Part shown: piece by piece, positions 52,530 through 64,000 of the stretch
Position numbering within the stretch: the stretch's first letter is position 1
Layout of the letters: each line of letters begins with the position of its first letter
Assembly: GCA_000165425.1 (NCBI GenBank)
Contig: CT868485.1
Coordinates: 372,001 to 436,000, forward strand
Direction: 5' to 3'
DNA length: 64,000 bases
Origin: Paramecium tetraurelia
Lineage: Eukaryota
Notes under the pieces: model-generated
The model's input: the letters and a program-made list of their open reading frames with translations, nothing else
The model's database searches: none
Told to the model about the DNA's origin: nothing
Made by a program: the position numbers and the translations under genes

Positions 52530-53825
52530 TCATTTGTTTGTTGAATTGATTTAAAAAATTTTAATGTTGAGTGCTTCTGATATCTATCTTGCGATATTGT
52601 AGAGGAAATGTAGATGAATTAAAAAACTTGCTGTGGCAGCAAATTTAATTAAATATCCTTCGTCAATAATTGTTTGTCCAAGTATTTACCCGGAAATTGT
52701 ATTTAGTAAAATGACTAAAAAGATGTAAATTGAATTCTAATATTCTGGTAAGTTTTAATTGCTGACATGGTTTAGAGCAACAACCCCCACTGCTTTTGAC
52801 ATAGTGAATCCGACAGTGTACATATACGCTCTCACATGATCTTGAATTACATTTGTCTTTGAAAACAAAATGCTATACAGAATGACAGTATTAAAAAAGA
52901 AGAAATATCTCAGTTACTTTAATAAGGAAGTGATGGAGGTGAACTTCTTGATCTTTTGGAAACTAATGGGTTAGGGCATGTATATTTTACACTGCAGGCA
53001 TAGTTATGATAACTGAAATAATGAACATAAGCATAACAAATTGGTTCATCTGATAATTGTAGAACCATGGCAATTTTTACACCCACATGTCGCATCCTAA
53101 TTAAGTGTTGATTAATACCATAGTAGGCAGTTGCTGCGAAGACTACTGCCACACTTATTGTGCCTTCTGCTGCAGCATTGATTATTGGCAGATTCATTTC
53201 ATGTGTATAATATTCTTCGTGAGCAATTATATAGAATGGCACAGAGGGAATTATGTAGAGGATGACAGAGAAAATTGTATTGCCAAATTGCATTGCAGTA
53301 GTCATGCTAGTGCCTATTTGAAGAACATAAAAGCAAGATGAATACCCTATAGCAAGATGATCATGGAATCAAAATTGTGATCCAAAATCATTCCAAGAGG
53401 TGAGGAATTTTCTTAAAAACATTTATTTTATTATTACTTGTTCTCCTTGCTTGCTTCCCATCCAAGTTGTCGAAATTCTTCTTAAAATACATATATTACC
53501 ATGTATAGCATGTGCAACAAGGCTGTCAGCCAGAGCAACCAATTCGGAATGAATCCCGCAAAGTTGTCACCCATCACAAAAAAGTAAAGTATATGTGGTA
53601 AGATAATACATGCCAGTCCCATCAATGTTAATACATTTGGTCTAAAAATAAAGGTTGATTCAAATTCAAATACGCAACATTCATAGGTACAAATCTTAGG
53701 CATAATTCAGCCAAAGGTGAGAGTATGTAATTGTATAAGAGGGACTGATCTGTGCCCTTATAGCGATAGCTCTTCAAGTAATGTAAATGAGTGGGTGCAA
53801 TAAAGTCGTAGTTGAGGTATTTCAT
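52530..53825 (-). CDS. CEPT1: Choline/ethanolamine phosphotransferase (CDP-alcohol phosphotransferase)
   Basis: [52 protein letters not shown] catalytic motif; multiple short introns. Confidence 0.9.
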
Positions 53826-54049
53826 AAATTAAAATTATTTATTTTAACATGTAAACACTTCTGCCCAATCTTTTTAATTTTCTTCATTCTCCAAAGTTCG
53901 CTTTTGCACTCCATTTAAATAATAATACTAAATAGATTAAAAGAGAGACAGAGAGAAAAATCAAAAATTTATTACCAAAAAATGAAAATTTGATTGTTTA
54001 TTAATTTTTTAATATATGATTGTATAAATTAATTCATTTATATTAATTT

Positions 54050-55656
54050 ATGTCGAGCACTTACTTGGAATAGGTGAGAGCAGCCTTCTCCTAAATCGAA
54101 GTCATCGAAAAGACCCATAGGTATTCTGTATGCAGAGCAAACAAGTGATTCCCAATTAGGCAGTCCTCCTTGATCACAGAATCCACAACTTAATTCAAAT
54201 GGCGCAAAAGACAGCGGCTGATGCATTGATATTGATAGATGGTGCTGATGGTTGGAAGAAAGAAGAGATGAATTATCTCTAAGGAGTCGGAGGTTCAGGT
54301 GATGTCTGGGAAAACTTCTATGAAAGATTCAAAGAAATCAAAGATTATCATAAAAGAGTCGCCAATGTTCAGACTATGCAAAATAAAGTACATTATATTA
54401 ACTTAAATGTGTTTAGGTTGAATTTTACTATGAGTAAGCATTTGCACCACCATTCAAAGAACCTTATTTCTCCGGAGAAGAACATCATGGTAGATTTCTT
54501 GATATGCATGCTAGCTATAAGGAATTCTTGAATCTCAAAAAGCTAAAGGAAAGCAACAAAATCAAAATTGGGGATTATTTGTGGTATTTGCAAAATTTTT
54601 AAAATTTTCATGACATCCCGCTCTATATCAAAGAAAAGGAGGGAAGTAAATACAAGAGATATCTCATAAATATGTTGGAATATTTGCGTAGTTTTTATTT
54701 AAGAGTAGATCATTAATTTATTTTAGGTAAATCCATTATAAGATGTTAGCAAAATTGAATAAAAAATAGATATTGATTTTTAAACCTAATGGGAAAATGG
54801 TTAAGTTAAAGGTTGGGAACACCGAAAAGAAGAAACTGAAGAAATCAGAGGACATCCTCATTATTGTGAAGCTTGTTAAAAGAAATTTTAAAATGAAAAT
54901 ACCTTTGTAAATCATTTTGATGGCAAAAAACACAAAGCATTAGCTAAACTAAAAGAAAAACAAATAGAGCAAGTCATTTAAGCTAGCAATCAATAAGAAT
55001 TACCCAAGGAAGACAATGAAGGACAAAGGAAAAAGAAGATGGCTTATTTAGAAGTGGCCATCATATAATACAAGGATACTCTACAATAACAATTGAATGA
55101 CACAATGAATTTAGTGAGAAAGAAATAAAGTAGAAGATATGAAGAAAATGAAGATGATGAAGCTGTTCCAGTTTAAGATTAATAATTAGGTATAATTGAA
55201 TAATTATGTTCTTTAGATCAACCTGAAGAAGCGAGCAGTGAAGATGAAAGTCCAATCTATAATCCAAAGAATTTACCATTGGGATGGGATGGGAGACCTA
55301 TTCCTTATTGGCTATACAAATTACATGGTTTGGGTGTTGAATATAAATGTGAAATATGTGGTAATACATCCTATTGGGGAAGAAAGGCTTTTGAAGATCA
55401 CTTTCAAGGTTGGAGACATTCTTATGGCATGAGGTATTTGATTTAGTTAATTTTTAGATGTCTGAGAATACCAAATACTTTGCATTTTAAAGAAATCACT
55501 AAAATTTAGGATGCCATCAGTTTGTATAAAAAAATCCAATCAGATCAAGAGAGAAGCAAATTCAGACCAGAATATGAGGAGGAATATGAAGATACTGATG
55601 GAAATCTTCTTAATAAAAAAACTTATTATGATTTAAAAAAATAAGGAATATTGTGA
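54050..55656 (+). CDS. SF3A3: Splicing factor 3A subunit 3 (Prp9), with apparent frameshifts near 54115-54150
   Basis: [91 protein letters not shown]. Confidence 0.93.
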
Positions 55657-55707
55657 AAATATAAGCCGTGATATAAGTTAACATATAAAAAAATATTTCT
55701 GGTTTTA

Positions 55708-56706
55708 ATGAATCAGTGGAAATTCGTTCGTAATGCGGTTGGATTGTTTGGTTCTGCAGTTCATGAAGGATAAACAAAAACAGGAACAGAATTGGCTCCA
55801 AGATCACTCAGAGAGGGTGGTCTCATATCAGCTTTGTATAATTTGGGATGGGAAATTAATGATATGGGAGATATTCAAGGTAAGAATTACAGACTTCACA
55901 ATGTCAAAAGTCAATAGTTTCGTAACAGTCAATAATTAGGTGTTATCAATGGAGAAATTAACAAAAGATCCTTTGATATTGCCAAACAGAATAAGTTTAT
56001 GCTTAATATTGGAGGAGATCATAGTGTAGCCAGTGGGTCAATCCATGGGTTGTTATAACATTATGGAGATGAATTAAGAGTTGTTTGGGTTGATGCTCAT
56101 GCAGATTGCAATTATGAACTTGGACCAAATAGAAACTATCATGGAATGCCATTGGCTCATCTATATGGTTCCATTCTAGAACCAATTAAAGGTTTTGAGT
56201 GGTTAAAACACAGATTGGATCCAAAAAATCTTATTTACGTTGGTATCAGAGATATAGATCCAATGGAACGAGAATTTATAAGAGATTAGAAAATAGTATA
56301 TTATGGAATGGATGAAATCATTGAATTGGGAATAGGATAAGTGATGAATCGAATTCTTAAGCAATTTGAAGGCAAACCAATACATGTCAGTTTCGATGTT
56401 GATTCAATAGATCCTGAATTTGCACATGGAACTGGTACTCTTGTCGATGGAGGAATTTCGTATAGAGAAGCTCATTATTTATTAAGAAAATTGGCATCAT
56501 CAAAATAATTAGTAGGAATGGATTTGGTAGAAGTAAATCCTCAACTAGAAAAGACACCAGAATTTAGAGAAGAGTTTTTCGGAGATTTTTAATAAGTAAT
56601 AATAATTATTAACTATAATTAGATTGGTAGAATATAAGGAACATAAACTGTGGCTCTAGGCATTGAATTAATAGCTTCTGCATTAGGCAGAACACTTGTC
56701 TTATGA
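55708..56706 (+). CDS. ARG: Arginase
   Basis: GGDHS, WVDAHADCN, HGMP and SFDVDSIDP..GTGT..GG motifs; one short intron. Confidence 0.95.
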
Positions 56707-57656
56707 ATATTGTATATATAAATTAATATAAGTTTAAAGATTAAATTTTATTTATGAAAATTTGTCAATATAAAACTATTTCTCATTTATTACAATTAAT
56801 GTGTATTAATGTATACAATTTTGCAAATTAATACCCTAACAAAAAATAAATTGTGATTTTTCTCTCTTATTAATCAAAGAATAAATCTGTTTCTTCTTAA
56901 TTATTTCAAATTATAGTATAATTTATTAATACTTATAACCGTATTAATCTTTTTATTTGTTGAATTATCAATATTATACATTTTCAGATATAAATAGTGT
57001 TTTAGGAAAGGGAATGCTTAAATTAACATTTTTTAATAATTTTCCTTCTTTCTATCGTTAGAGTATTGAATTCATTCAATTTACTTTCAAAATTATTTTC
57101 CTTACTTACTAATAATTTAATAGTATTCTAAGAAATTTAATTTTCTAAAATGAAATGACAAATCTCTTAAGTCTAATTTCTCTAAATTTGATTAATTTGA
57201 ACTTTATTCAACGAATCTTCAATATTAAAAAACACTAATATTACAAATTAATAAAATTATAATTCAAGTACTTATGCTGTAGAAATCTTAAAATAGTACT
57301 TTATGTTCTAGTAGTAATTTAATTTCAAACCTATGTATTTGTCTATAAATAAATAAATTAGTGATGATAATCAAAGAATTTATGAATCTAAGAAAGATAC
57401 GTTTAAAAATTTAAATATCCAAAAATAACAAAAAATTTGTATAAAACCCAAATAATCTGATGGATGAAAGAATATCTTAAGATAAGTAATTTCAAAATAC
57501 TTATCTTTTCATACAGTAGAACGCAGATTAGATTTAAATGGAAATATAAGAACTTTCATGATATTCTAAGCCGACCAATCATAAGGCAGAATTACTTATT
57601 TTTATAATGTTAATTAGCCTCGTAATAAATTCAAAAATAAATAAAGAAATAAAAAA

Positions 57657-58079
<423 letters not shown>

Positions 58080-58282
58080 TCAATTAATATTAAATTCAAT
58101 TAAATTTGATATTTTCTTAATTTTTTAAATACTATTTAGTACAAATCAAAATAAGATGGTTCTTAACTGTCATTTCTTAATAATGATTATAAGAAGAATT
58201 TTGCTTTTCTATTTATGCGTAGTGCTTGTTTTAAAAGACAAATTGAAATTCAAATTTTATTATAATTAATGAATATTAAAGC

Positions 58283-59408
58283 TCATTTAATTTTTGAATA
58301 TATCTACTTTTTCTTCACGACCTTTTAAGTTTGGCTTTGAGGTTTAGTAGTTTTTTTAGAGACAGAGGATTATGCCCTTGCGGATTTTCTGTTCGATTGA
58401 GGTGTATCAAGTATTTTTGAGTGATTCATAGGTTAAAGATTCTCTTTTGATGAAATATTCAATTTAGAAGGTTTCAATATAGACTTTTAAGCAGGGGGAA
58501 GTTACTCAAAGCTCTAACTTATTGATGTGGGCATAGGAGGTTTACAATCAGATTTATGTATTGAGGATCGATTTAACTTTTCAATTGACTTTCTATCTGT
58601 ATCACAGTTTTTAGTTTCCTTTCTTTCAGATCTTTCTGATCTTAGGGTGTTCTGCATTGATTGTTATTTACCACTCAATAAATTCATATATTTTTCTTCG
58701 ATTTTGCTTTTCTCTACTTACAATTTTGCATTCCTTTCCTCTAATTAATAGATTTATTCACTCAACACTCGAGTTCTCTCTTGAACAAGTTGATGTATGT
58801 CTTATTATGAACTTTATTGTCTGTTTTCTAACAAATGAATGTTTTTGTCAATCAATTCTTATTTTTCCTATTGCATTAATATTATTTTATACTTATTCTA
58901 GTTGTAATACAAGATTGTACAATTTCATGTTTTTTTCCTTATAAACTTTTTTTAGTTCTTCCAATTCTTCATTGAATGAATTTATTTTGTTTTTTAACTA
59001 ATTATTTTCAACTTCGTAATATTCTTTTTATGACTTTAATTATTTTGCATGTGCTTATTTGATCAATTCCAACTCCTCTGAATTTGTTTGATGTGTGTAC
59101 TCATTTTTCTCGTATTTCTCTAATTTCTCTTTCAATTCCTAATTCTCTATTCTCAACTTAATAATTCTATCAGCTTCACTTGGCTATACAAGAATTGGAG
59201 GTTTGCTATCTACAGCGAATTACACTTCTTTTGGTCCACTATCATCATGCACAGAGGATTTTCTAATTTTTTCTAATGAAGTATAGGAATCCCTCTTAGT
59301 TTTGAAGTGTTTCTCCTCACTCTGGCACTCTTATGTAATTTTTTTTCGAAACTATTCGAATTATTCCCAATGATTTGAACTATTATCAAGTGATTAATCT
59401 AAACTCAT
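58283..59408 (-). CDS. Hypothetical coiled-coil protein
   Basis: ATG 59408 gives MSLDQSLDNS; long E/K/Q coiled coil; S/K/P-rich tail; TGA at 58283. Confidence 0.7.
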
Positions 59409-59509
59409 AGCAGTTAATAAATTTCAAATATATATTATTTAAAATTATCATCTGTTTAAAATTAATATAAAATACATATATATTTGCATATTAATAACTT
59501 TTTCTTTTA

Positions 59510-61240
59510 ATGACAAATAATTATTAGAATTTTGCGATCTAAAACATTCCGGAACATATCAATTAATTACAAAATTTTAAGAAATGGAGACGTGTAGGAT
59601 CGAACTTAAAAGGAGCAATAATGATTGGCTAAATTGAACATTGCATTCATAATAATGAAATTGGTACATTAAAAAATATGATCTAATTTACATCATGTTA
59701 AGGCAACGATAAAGCATTAAAATTTAAGACTATTTTGTACAATGCGCTAAATAAATTATAAGGCGATTAAGTAATTAACTTCATCATAGAATACTTAATA
59801 TAAAAGGATCAATATAATAATACATCATAATAATTTCTCGATGAATTTTTTAAGCAGAAATATAACTATTCTCTTTCAGATGATGATTTAATTCAAGAAT
59901 TTTAGAAAGTCTTCAAAATTAAATTGATTATTGCAAAATATCCTCCTACAAAATAGTCAAATTATCAAACGATTGATTCTAAAGACAGAAATAGTATCAT
60001 TATATTTAATTTGGAAAATAAGTTTTACGTAATTTAAAAAGAGCAGAACTATTTGGTTGATAAATGTCGATGTTGTTAAAATAAAAGTTTAAAAGAATTG
60101 CTGAAATTTGAATGCAGCCATTTAATTTGTCTGACCTGTTTAAAAAAATAATTCTCTCAAAATTAACTTAAAATTATTTGTAATCAATAACATTGCCCCT
60201 CTTAAATAACTTATTAATAGTTCTAATAAATAATGAAAAACTATGGAGAGACTCCGATAATACCAACTCCCTAAGAGTGTTGCATTCTTTGTAAAACCAA
60301 ATCAAGCCTTGAATTTTTAATAAGGCCACAAGAATGTTCTCATATGTTTTGTATGCAATGTTTGTAGGATAAATTCAAAACTAATTAACAAAATGATTTT
60401 AGGTGTCTTATTGTTGGCTGCTATGGTAAATTTAATTAAAAAGATTTACCATCAAGCATTTCTAGTAAAATAACACAATCTCAAATCGTTCAAAAATAAA
60501 CTGAAATAATAATGAAAACTGATAATTAATAAAAATAAATTTCTTAATCTATGATTTCTAGCAATGGGAAACCTATTGATAAGAATCTAAATAATTAATG
60601 TAATTAATGTCTTAAGTAATTCACAGAAGATTTAATCTATAAGACTAGATGCAATCATTTTATCTGTAAATTTTGTTTCTTAAAAATTGAAAGCTTAAAT
60701 GCAGAGTAATTCAAATGTAATGTTTTGAAATGCAATGAAATTATTAAATCAAAAGAATTAAGTTAATATTTTAAGTTATCTTAGAGTTAAAACTCATAAA
60801 AAAAATGTGGTAATTGTAATTAGATTTGTGAAAAAACAGAATCATTTTGTAAAACAAATTGTCATCATGTAATATGTGTAAAATGTGTTTCTGCTATCTA
60901 TAAATCATAAAGAACTCCGAAATGTCTAAGATGCAATATAGTAATAAATGAAGACTTGCTGGATGAATACTTTTTATAGATTTAGGTTCAATTTACAAAA
61001 GAAGTGTCTGAAACTAAAACCTTTGATCCAGAGTTTTAGGAGGATTGTACATTTTGTCATTCCCCTTTTACAGAGTATAATACTTATTAAAATTTAAATT
61101 GCCAAAACCACGCAATAGGTTCATGCTGCATAATCTTCCCATTAGATTGCCCTTAATGTTAGATGAACTCATTGATTGTTGAAAAATGTATTGTAATTAT
61201 TATAAATTAGAAAAATTGCATTTTTTTTTATTTTATAATG
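59510..61240 (+). CDS. Multi-RING finger protein with degenerate otubain-like N-terminus (3' end approximate)
   Basis: Five C3HC4-like units (e.g. CRCC..CSHLICLTC..C, CILC..CSHMFCMQC, CNQC..CNHFICKFC, CGNC..CHHVICVKC); N-terminal FKKWRRVGSNLKGAIMIGQIEHCI. Confidence 0.7.
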
Positions 61241-61383
61241 ATTCCGACTTTATTAAACATCAAAAATAAGGTAAACTCAAATGAACAAATTATTTATTAT
61301 TTTTAAATTATATTTTATTATCATAAGAACTATAATAATAAATAATGATATAAATAGTATAGAGTTTAAAATATGATCATATT

Positions 61384-64000
61384 TCAAATTGATATGAAAT
61401 ATATAATCAAGCCTACTGCTAGGATTGAATTGTAAACAATTTCAAGAGGTGCCCTATCTGTTAGCTTTTTCGTCGCGCATGTAAGCGTTTGGACTTTATC
61501 TGAGAGATCTGGATACTCAGGGAGATCTGATGCAGATATGATATAGATGGAATATGTTTAGTTTGGTTCTAAATTTGATAAATTAAAGGAGCTAATAATT
61601 GTTAAGTTAGTGACATGAACATTAGCAGATGGAATTTACACATTGATATTGTTTAAGCCTTTGAATATTTGGAATGGAGTTGAAACATCATTTTTGGATG
61701 CAACAGCAAAGATATAACCATAGGTACTTAATTAAACTTTGATTTCGCAGTCATAAAGGTATGAATTACTTAAAGTAGATGATTGAATAGTAGGTACTTC
61801 AGCTATTGCTTAGTTGATCGCAGAGATGGAAACAAATGACAAGTACATGCCCATCAATCTTTTAAACTATGCATCTGATGTGATTCTGCTGATCAAGTCT
61901 TTAGGCACTGGATAAGTTTCAGTATCATTGAATGGTATAATATACATTTGTAAAGTGGTTGTAGCCAAAAGCCTAGTGGGTGTTTAGTACTCCACTTTTT
62001 ATTGAATCTTCCAACTAGGTAAACTGAGTATGAAGGCTATGTAATTCATTACCGTAACGAGTTAGGCTTGATTCGCTTAAAAAGGGAGAAAACAGTTGAA
62101 TTATGCTATTTTACTTCGATTTTTTGTAGTGAAATTTAGACTAAATAAATCTGATGTAATTCCCTCTTGATTCTTCAACACAATGTAGAAGGCATAGTCT
62201 GTTTAAGCAAATAAGTCTAAGGATATGCTTGATTTGGCCAAGATATTCAAATATCCATATTTTGATTAAGAAGACATATAGAGTGGAGGACCTAAACTCA
62301 ATAGTTCTGAAATTTCAGGCTAGGTTGTTCTATTTAAACAATACATATAATAGGCTTCAGAAATTTGATTGATTTCAATGGAAATGGAAGCTGAGTACTG
62401 TTTGATGTCTTCAACAGAAAATTTAGACAATTTTGGTTTAAGATTGGTGGCATCAATGTATTTGACTACTTATTATGGTGGTATGGTGTATAATGGATTA
62501 TCACTGGAATAAAAGATGAGTCGATCATCTTCTGTCAGGATATCTAATTGAGTTTATCTAATTAACTCAGTATAATTTTAATAAACTCTGAAGGTTTGTG
62601 AGTTAACTCCTACTTGGAATGTTAATTTAATGGAAGTCCCTGATTATTGACCAGACACAAAATAGAAAGTATTATCATTATTTTTGATTGTTACAGTAGT
62701 TGTATCGTAGGGAGCATTGACAGTAGAAACAGTCATGGTTAGAGAATTACCTCCATTTGGAATAGGATATAAGGCAGTAACTAAAAAATTGAGTGTTTGA
62801 GAAACAACTATAACTTTAGACTTTTTGATGGGAGTGTAAACGGGCTAGTCCTTTTCTCCATATGTCTTCCAATAAATATAGTATATGCCAGTCTACAATG
62901 TTGAGGGAATCTAAACTCTGAATGTGGTAGACATTTTGGTATAGGAGAACACAATGTCTTTAGGAGTGACTTAGAAATCTCCAGTTTAAGTGTGTTTAAA
63001 AGTTAGGTTTAAGGCCATTGGGTATTCGACTAAAAATAATAAATCTGGAGACTCAGATCCTTGAGGGACTATGATATCTTAATCATTATTGATAAAGATC
63101 AATGGTCCAGAATATTAAAATTCATATTCAAATGGATCCAGATTTGGATATGATTGTTCTACAACTTATCTTTCATCTTTGGATTGCATAACAAATTGTT
63201 TAATGATCACCTCCGATAATGGATTTTCAACATAGACATTCAATTGCAATTGCCCATTTATTTGATTCGCATATGCTTTTAGAACATTACTAGTGTAAGT
63301 GCATTTGGAGAAACTACATGGAGCTAATTGGTCTGAGATTTCATAATCTTCTGGGAAATCCATTTCTAAATAACCATTGATTGGTATTTTGTTGTATAAT
63401 ATCATATCGAAAGTATATTTGGATTACCATCTTGAATATTGATTGGCCAATTGAATATTCACAAGATAGAGCCAACCAGGTGGAGTTAACATCTCCAACA
63501 CACCAACACTTCCATTATAATGAGTATATCGGCCACTTTGTCTAATACCAACTCTGAATTCCCCAGTATTAGAATTCTCTTCTGTATTTGGATTAATAAC
63601 ATTTTAGATCTCAACTAAGATTGAATTGTATGATGTGGCGTATTAGGATTCAGGGAGAGAGATAATTCTGTTATTTACACTTAAATCGGTTTTAATTGAA
63701 TTCACATATGCTTTTAAATTATCTCCTAATCTCTTGTCATAGGTGTTAGGGAAAGTGATAACAATGGAACCATTGACAGAATCACTAGTTTCAGTAGAAA
63801 TGTTAAATTAATATTTGGCCCTTACTCCTTGATTTTGTGGTTGAAAGGACATTTAGTTAATTACCAAGGAATTAGGCTTGCTGTAATAAGTGATAGTACG
63901 ATTTAGCAATGTACTTTAATCAGTACTATCTATCAACACTCCATCATAGTATGACTGAATAATAAATCCATCGCTGATTAGATCTGGTGGGTTCTATATG
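61384..64000 (-). CDS. Large surface protein, 3' part, with C-terminal hydrophobic (GPI-like) signal
   Basis: Beta-strand-rich, T/S/V/I/P-rich open frame entering from beyond 64000; ends VYNSILAVGLIIYFISI-TGA. Confidence 0.75.

Noticed and set aside
52530..52560. Possible selenocysteine TGA, as in animal SELENOI/EPT1
   Set aside because: The next gene starts 23 nt after the TGA, leaving no room for a separate SECIS, and there is no Sec-like context.

Overview
This is very AT-rich, gene-dense ciliate nuclear DNA, almost certainly the somatic (macronuclear) genome of a Paramecium species. Genes use genetic code 6 (TAA/TAG = Gln, TGA the only stop) and carry GT..AG introns of about 21-29 nt. 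The supplied standard-code ORF track therefore fragments the real genes, and many of its entries are antisense artefacts. Re-translating by hand gives about 40 CDS, one tRNA-Lys(UUU) and several decayed gene remnants. Recognisable genes: V-ATPase c'' subunit, a 2xRRM protein, an HMG-box protein, a CAMK/SNF1-like kinase, a RasGEF, a membrane RING-H2 ligase, GST-zeta, a CNBD K+ channel, TVP23, ANP32-like, Unkempt-like, CCDC61/VFL3, a CDP-alcohol phosphotransferase, SF3A3, arginase and histone H3. Points of interest: intergenic spacers as short as 6-25 nt, including head-to-head ATGs 10 nt apart; a giant acylated ankyrin protein encoded by one exon of more than 9.4 kb; probable pseudoenzymes (ATE1-like, S49-like, otubain-like fused to five RINGs); unannotated microproteins; and an apparent double frameshift in SF3A3. 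I saw no CRISPR array, transposon, telomeric repeat or convincing retained IES, and nothing I can support as a new multi-gene system. CDS coordinates span introns, were derived manually and were not checked with tools.
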